DNA of 58,751 nucleotides from a virus (Duplodnaviria > Caudoviricetes), in the IMG/VR virus record IMGVR_UViG_3300019884_000062, positions 1 through 58,751 of that record; one strand, 5' to 3'. The notes under the pieces are model-generated. The model worked only from the letters and a program-made list of their open reading frames with translations, was not told the DNA's origin and did not search any database. A program made the translations under genes and the position numbers. Positions 54,028 through 58,751 of the stretch are shown here, one piece after another; within the stretch, counting starts at the first letter, position 1; every line of letters begins with the position of its first letter.

Positions 54028-55575
54028 TCATCTCCTTGTCCTAGCTCGCGTTTGCCTAGCGGAGCCGCGATCACTCCATGGTCGGCCGAACAGACCGCTG
54101 TAGAAGCGGCCTAGCGCCTCCGGCGTATGGTTGTCTTTGTCCAGTGGGGCCTCCCGAGCACTCCGCCCGCGCTCGGCGGCTTGCTCGGCCGTTTCTGGGT
54201 ATCGGTACGCGCCGAACTCGCGGATTGTGTTGACGCAACGTCTATGGATCGTAAGGCCGGGCATTCCTGTGGCCGGGTTCAACTTTAGACCACGGCGGAT
54301 CCACTCGATGCGATCCTCTAACGGGATGCTTCCCTTGCCGTGGGTTCGCAGCTTGAGTCGCTGGGCAAGCTCCTTGGTCCGGTCAGGCTCGGCTGGGTCG
54401 GGGTAGACCATCCGAACCGTTCGCGGCGCAAGACCGCGAGCAGCAATATCAGCTGCTGCCTCCTCTGTCGTCTTGTGCGTATCATAGTATTCGTCCAGGA
54501 CATGCACGCGCTCTCTATGTGGGTCTACCTGAATTAGCAACCAAACGAACGGGTTGTTGAACCCGTAGTCTACACAGGCGTAGGTCGCCCACGCCGGATT
54601 GAACTCCTCATCGGTAACGTGGAACTCCTCATCAAAGTCCTTGAAGACCCGACCCACGTACTCCGTGAAGAGCGCCGCGACCTCTTGGTTGAACAGCTCC
54701 TGGCTCATGTCCAGGAACATCGCCCAGATCTCAGCGTTGATGACGATGCCGTGCCGGTTATACCCAAGGCCGTGGATCGACTTAGTTGGGTCAAAGCGCA
54801 CAGCGTTATTGCCCCGGATTGCCTTGTATAGCCTCAGAAGCGCGTCAAGCTGGTGCCTGCGCCGCATCTCGATAGCCTTGCCGAGGAACGCCTCATCGAC
54901 TCCGCCCGGGTACACATGCGGGTTACACCACGATGGGGCGCGCCAAGACCTCCAGTCCGTCCTAAAAGGATCCAACCCCAACATGTAGAGGTCATAGAAC
55001 CAGTTCTTGCCTTCCGGGGTCGAGTTGAACATCGACCAACCGTTGAAGTCGGCGAGGGTAGGCCGGATGTACTTGTACCAGACGCTCGGCTTCATCTTCG
55101 CGGCCTCGGCCATGATCACGCCCGACAGACCTTCGCCAACCAGCGTCCCTGGGTACTTCGCCGACTTAGCGTGTATGATGAAGCGCCGACCGAACATGGA
55201 GATGACCATCTCGCCGGACTCGGGGTTGTTATAGCTACCGGGATGGTCGAACTCGAAGCCGAGCCGCTCCAGCTGACTCCAGGTAGTCCTGAACTCCTTC
55301 TCGGAGTCGCTGTATTCCGGCCCAACGATCCAGTACTCACGCCTCTGTCCGAGGCGGATCAACTCATCTAGCTCATACCAGGTCCGAAACGCCTCCGGTA
55401 CAAGCCTTCTACCGCCGGTCTGGGACTTGCCGGCTCGCCGACCGAGCGCGACCACCTTGTTTCTGGTGCCGTCCAACAGGATCTCGCGCTGCACTTTATG
55501 CGGCTCCCATCCCGACTGCTCCCAGAGTGATTCGTTGAGCTCATCTGGGATCGGTGGGGTGAGAAGGATCGGCAT
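54028..55575 (-). CDS. terL: Terminase large subunit
   Basis: GRRAGKS Walker A, AEAA Walker B, STPEG, nuclease DYGF..DPA..DKDNH. Confidence 0.95.
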   Translation of the reverse strand: MPILLTPPIPDELNESLWEQSGWEPHKVQREILLDGTRNKVVALGRRAGKSQTGGRRLVPEAFRTWYELDELIRLGQRREYWIVGPEYSDSEKEFRTTWSQLERLGFEFDHPGSYNNPESGEMVISMFGRRFIIHAKSAKYPGTLVGEGLSGVIMAEAAKMKPSVWYKYIRPTLADFNGWSMFNSTPEGKNWFYDLYMLGLDPFRTDWRSWRAPSWCNPHVYPGGVDEAFLGKAIEMRRRHQLDALLRLYKAIRGNNAVRFDPTKSIHGLGYNRHGIVINAEIWAMFLDMSQELFNQEVAALFTEYVGRVFKDFDEEFHVTDEEFNPAWATYACVDYGFNNPFVWLLIQVDPHRERVHVLDEYYDTHKTTEEAAADIAARGLAPRTVRMVYPDPAEPDRTKELAQRLKLRTHGKGSIPLEDRIEWIRRGLKLNPATGMPGLTIHRRCVNTIREFGAYRYPETAEQAAERGRSAREAPLDKDNHTPEALGRFYSGLFGRPWSDRGSARQTRARTRR

Positions 55576-55691
55576 GATGCTAGCCTATCGTGCGGAGCCG
55601 GCTAGGCCATGCCGGCAACCAGGCCGCTCGTGGCGGAGCCGGTGCCGGCACGGGGGCCGCGCGTCGCCGGAGCTAGCGCGATCGGCAGGAC

Positions 55692-56042
55692 CTACGAACC
55701 GGTGAGAAGTACCTTGCCGGTAGCGATCGGGACCGGCTCACCCGCTGCATCCACGATCTCAAGGAGATATGTGGCCTCTTCCCAGGCGTAGTCGCCGGTT
55801 TCCACGCCCGGCACCACGATACTGACCTTCCCTGCCGGCGCGGCGATGAACAGCCGGCTGTTCTCGGTCGTGTACGTGGCGCGGATCGGCGGCGGCTCTT
55901 CCTCGCTCACCTCGGTGATGTCCATGCGAGCCGTGTAGCCGCTGAGGTCCTTGGGCCCGCCATTCTCGTACAAGATGATCGGCTGCTCGAAACGGCGACC
56001 GGGCCGCATCACCAGGTCCAGCTCTCTGACCGTGACCGTCAT
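55692..56042 (-). CDS. Beta-sandwich virion-associated protein (BppU N-terminal-like)
   Basis: PKDLSGYTARM..YLLEIV..ATGKV pattern; GGAGG RBS. Confidence 0.6.
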   Translation of the reverse strand: MTVTVRELDLVMRPGRRFEQPIILYENGGPKDLSGYTARMDITEVSEEEPPPIRATYTTENSRLFIAAPAGKVSIVVPGVETGDYAWEEATYLLEIVDAAGEPVPIATGKVLLTGS

Positions 56043-56260
56043 GACAAATCCTCCGGTAGGCGCTCGGTCTCCGGAGCCGGGACCGAGTAGCCAACGGTAC
56101 TCCGGCGCGCAAAGTTCGATGTCCACTCGAAAAGCCGCTTGGCAGTGGCTTCAACAACTTCGAGGTCCGCATCGCTGTCCACGATCACGGTATGCCCGGC
56201 GACCGTCAGGTCAATCTTGTGGCGATGCTGTGCCGGCTCTTCGTCGTGCTCGGCCATCAA
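56039..56260 (-). CDS. Hypothetical protein (73 aa)
   Basis: ORF track; GAGGAG RBS. Confidence 0.6.
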   Translation of the reverse strand: MMAEHDEEPAQHRHKIDLTVAGHTVIVDSDADLEVVEATAKRLFEWTSNFARRSTVGYSVPAPETERLPEDLS

Positions 56261-56835
56261 CTCTCCTCATCGGACGGTCCGCCGGCCTGCTTCTCGAACA
56301 CCTTCTTGAGAACATCGAGGTAACCGGGGTCCTTGATATCGACCTCCATGCCCCCGCGCACGCCCACGCGGTCCATGGCGGAGTTGATCGCTGAGATACG
56401 GTCCTTCGGCGCGTTGTCCTCGTTGAGAGCTATGGACACGAGCGCGCCGGTCATGGCGTCGAGCGAGGATGCCAATCGTTCCACAGCTTTCACCTTGACG
56501 CGCTTCACACCGCCGCCATGCTTCAAGCAAACCTTCATGCCCTTCATAGGCCAGTTGTAGCAAGGCCGCTTGAGCCGATTGTTCTTCGCATCCACGATGT
56601 AGTCGCCGTCAGGGTCACGGACGTACGCATGTCCGACGCAACGCTTACCGGGTGGCGGAAGCTTCCAAGGTGAATCGTCTTCGTCATCATCTCCGGTCCA
56701 ACGGAGCTTCGCCGCGAACGGGAGGTCATCCAAGCCAGGCTCGATAACCTCCAGCTGTTCATTCTCTTCCATCCACTGGATCCAGCGGTCATCCTTCTCA
56801 GTATTTCCAACACCTCTAGTGCTACTCCGCGCCAT
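56257..56835 (-). CDS. terS: Terminase small subunit (HGG-type)
   Basis: C..C..VCLKHGG, DRISAINSAMDRVG; upstream of TerL; AAGGAG RBS. Confidence 0.7.
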   Translation of the reverse strand: MARSSTRGVGNTEKDDRWIQWMEENEQLEVIEPGLDDLPFAAKLRWTGDDDEDDSPWKLPPPGKRCVGHAYVRDPDGDYIVDAKNNRLKRPCYNWPMKGMKVCLKHGGGVKRVKVKAVERLASSLDAMTGALVSIALNEDNAPKDRISAINSAMDRVGVRGGMEVDIKDPGYLDVLKKVFEKQAGGPSDEES

Positions 56836-56865
56836 CGCCCAGACTCCTTCCTGACTCGGATGAGC

Positions 56866-56899
56866 GAGCCGGAGCCCACGGGGGTGAGGGCTCCGGCTC
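56866..56899. terminator. Intergenic hairpin (12-bp stem, 10-nt loop)
   Basis: GAGCCGGAGCCC/GGGCTCCGGCTC. Confidence 0.5.
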
Positions 56900-56953
56900 T
56901 GGCCACGCGCGCATGTAGCTCGGTGTGCTCGGCCTCGTGGACTTGCATCGAGA

Positions 56954-57403
56954 CTACCGGAAGGCCGAGCCGCCGGGGTCATCCGCCGTGTCGGCCACGT
57001 CCGCCTTCAGGTCCACCGTGCCGTGATGGCTCGTGTTCGCCGAGGCGGAGTACAACTCGCCGGACTCAGCCATGGCCTTCGCGGCGGAGCGGAGCTTGTC
57101 CAGCATCTGGTCCTCGGCCTCGGCCGTGTCGGCGTGCGCGCTCATCGATACCTGCAGGGTCATGGGGTCTCCTCCCAAGGTGGTGATTTCGGGGGAGAGC
57201 TTACTCGGCGCGGGTACGCCCGGCTCACCAGACATGAACAGCTGGCTAGTACACAGATCCAGCATCTCCTTGGCGGCGCGCGTGTCCTCGTACCGCCCAG
57301 AGCGGTCTACTAAGGACTGAGCAAACCTATGCATCTCCCGCCAAGCCGCGATCCATCCCAGTCTCTTCGCTGCTTCCTGGTACTGTTCCATCTGGCTTGC
57401 CAT
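56954..57403 (-). CDS. Hypothetical protein; strong in-frame internal start at 57163
   Basis: ORF track; GGGAGG before 57403 and GGGAGGAG before MTLQVSM. Confidence 0.55.
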   Translation of the reverse strand: MASQMEQYQEAAKRLGWIAAWREMHRFAQSLVDRSGRYEDTRAAKEMLDLCTSQLFMSGEPGVPAPSKLSPEITTLGGDPMTLQVSMSAHADTAEAEDQMLDKLRSAAKAMAESGELYSASANTSHHGTVDLKADVADTADDPGGSAFR

Positions 57404-57572
57404 TGAGCTTGGCCTCCCGCTTCAGCTGGTTGAAGATCCTCAGGAATTCTTCCGGGTAGAGCTTGGCTAGCTCGCGGAGCGCCTTATGCCGCAAGCGCTC
57501 GATGGCTCTCTGGCGATCCTGCGAGTCGGCATTGCGGGACCGCCAGTTGCGCATGTACTCGGCTGAGGGCAT
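57327..57572 (-). CDS. Hypothetical basic protein
   Basis: ORF track; directly follows the upstream stop. Confidence 0.6.
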   Translation of the reverse strand: MPSAEYMRNWRSRNADSQDRQRAIERLRHKALRELAKLYPEEFLRIFNQLKREAKLNGKPDGTVPGSSEETGMDRGLAGDA

Positions 57573-58025
57573 CTAGTTCACGCGTTCCAGAACACACTTG
57601 AACTTCGACGGCAGCTCTCCGGTCGCACTCACCGCCTTGTCCTTCGCGGTCGCACCGGCGGCCAAGTTGTTCACGACACCGTGCGCCTCGCCGAGCCGGG
57701 TACCGGCCGCGTCCGTGACGCCAAACTGGATCCAGTAACTCTCCGTCCGGTCGCTGGCATTCACGACCGTGAAGCCGACCTCGGCCATCCCCAGCGCGTC
57801 GGCGCGGCAGGCCGTGATCTTCACGTGTTCCTTGAGGCCGGTCGATCCGTTCTGGATCTGGTCGTCCACGGCCTTCGCGCCGAGGCCGAGCGCCGCGACC
57901 GCGACACCTCCGCAGACCAACATGAGCGCGACGAATCCGCCGAGGAGCCAGGGCCACATCTTGCGCTTCTTGGGCGGCTGCGGCGGTCCACTCGGGTAAC
58001 CACCGTGCGTCTGTTGCGGGTACAT
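57573..58025 (-). CDS. Membrane-anchored surface protein, FxLYD-like Ig fold
   Basis: Pro-rich N-terminus, KKRK plus TM segment, VVN.S..SYWIQF..D..GTRLG..NLAAG; AAGGAG RBS. Confidence 0.7.
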   Translation of the reverse strand: MYPQQTHGGYPSGPPQPPKKRKMWPWLLGGFVALMLVCGGVAVAALGLGAKAVDDQIQNGSTGLKEHVKITACRADALGMAEVGFTVVNASDRTESYWIQFGVTDAAGTRLGEAHGVVNNLAAGATAKDKAVSATGELPSKFKCVLERVN

Positions 58026-58250
58026 ATCATCTCCTTGATTGAGTTTCAAAGGCAAGGAGACCTTACCCGACGGTAAACACCTGGCGCTATATGTGGGCCT
58101 CCGGCCGCTTCCTGGGGAAGGCACGGCCGGAGGCTGGCTAGACGTAGTAGTTGGTAGGCCACATTACTCTCGTGGTCGCATAGCTACCTCCCAACCTACC
58201 GCTGATAGCAGCACAGTACTCGAAGCGTAGGCGAGCCGGCTAGGGTGGCG

Positions 58251-58682
58251 CTACGGGCGTGTTCGGTCAGGGGTCCAGGCCCGTATGTCCCTCCACGCCT
58301 CGCGCGCCGGTACGACCACAGGAGTGCCGTCGTACGCGGTGCCGAGCCGGGTACCCGACCGGTCCGGCGCGAAGCCACCCGGGCAGTTTGTACACGTGTC
58401 CAGCTGTGTTCGGCCGTGGTCGCAACGTCCCGCGCTAAAAGCGATGGCACGCCACTTCTCCTCATCACGCGCGTCTCGGTCACCACTGAATTTCGCAACG
58501 ACGTGCGCGTGGGTCGCATCCGAGACGCGGCCAGGTTCCGGCGCGGGAGGCAAGTCCTCCTCGATCATGAGGACTGGGTAGGGGTCCTTGCGACAGTCCT
58601 CTAGGGACCGACCGCAAAGGACCAGCTTCCAAGGCACGGTGTCGTACCGGAAGCTGGTCCTCTCGTACTGCGTGTTAGCCAT
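58251..58682 (-). CDS. Hypothetical protein
   Basis: ORF 58251..58706; start MANTQY two nt after the junction-gene stop. Confidence 0.6.
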   Translation of the reverse strand: MANTQYERTSFRYDTVPWKLVLCGRSLEDCRKDPYPVLMIEEDLPPAPEPGRVSDATHAHVVAKFSGDRDARDEEKWRAIAFSAGRCDHGRTQLDTCTNCPGGFAPDRSGTRLGTAYDGTPVVVPAREAWRDIRAWTPDRTRP

Positions 58683-58684
58683 AG

Positions 58685-58751
58685 CTAGAAGACTACATCG
58701 ATCCAACCGATGGCGCGCTCCGCGTACCCGAGCGCGATCAGGAAGATGCCC
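58685..58751 (-). CDS. 3' part of the junction-spanning 37-aa membrane peptide
   Basis: In frame with 47..1. Confidence 0.7.
   Translation of the reverse strand, partial: GIFLIALGYAERAIGWIDVVF

Larger units (their letters stand above)
1..58751 (-). mobile_element. Complete circularly permuted actinobacteriophage (siphovirus-like) genome, no lysogeny module seen
   Basis: Full set of packaging, head, tail, lysis and replication genes, all on the minus strand; an ORF continues in frame across the window ends. Confidence 0.93.

Overview
This window looks like the complete, circularly permuted genome of a high-GC, apparently lytic actinobacterial siphovirus. A 37-aa membrane ORF reads without a break across the 58751/1 junction. 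Essentially all real genes are on the minus strand; the long plus-strand ORFs are antisense shadows. Read right to left, the order is: terminase, portal, MuF-like protein, scaffold, capsid, head-tail genes, tail (chaperone with a probable +1 frameshift), tape measure, minor tail and fibre genes, amidase-holin lysis genes, an intergenic control region (about 32.8-33.1 kb), early accessory genes (HNH, DUF6011-like, DUF2786-like, HhH-like), a replication/recombination block (SNF2-like helicase, PD-(D/E)XK exonuclease, AAA ATPase, SSB), a nucleotide-metabolism block (FAD oxidoreductase, HAD, Nmad1-like, UDG, DnaE, ThyX, MazG-like, HD hydrolase), a RuvC-like resolvase, primase-helicase, an iteron-rich origin candidate, and seven consecutive small membrane proteins. 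I saw no integrase, repressor, tRNA or CRISPR array. The most striking unexplained signals are about 18 exact copies (plus about 10 near copies) of the palindrome TCCT-N3-AGGA spread through the genome, two structured intergenic RNA candidates, and the micro-membrane-protein operon. All family calls come from motifs recognised by eye, not from database searches.
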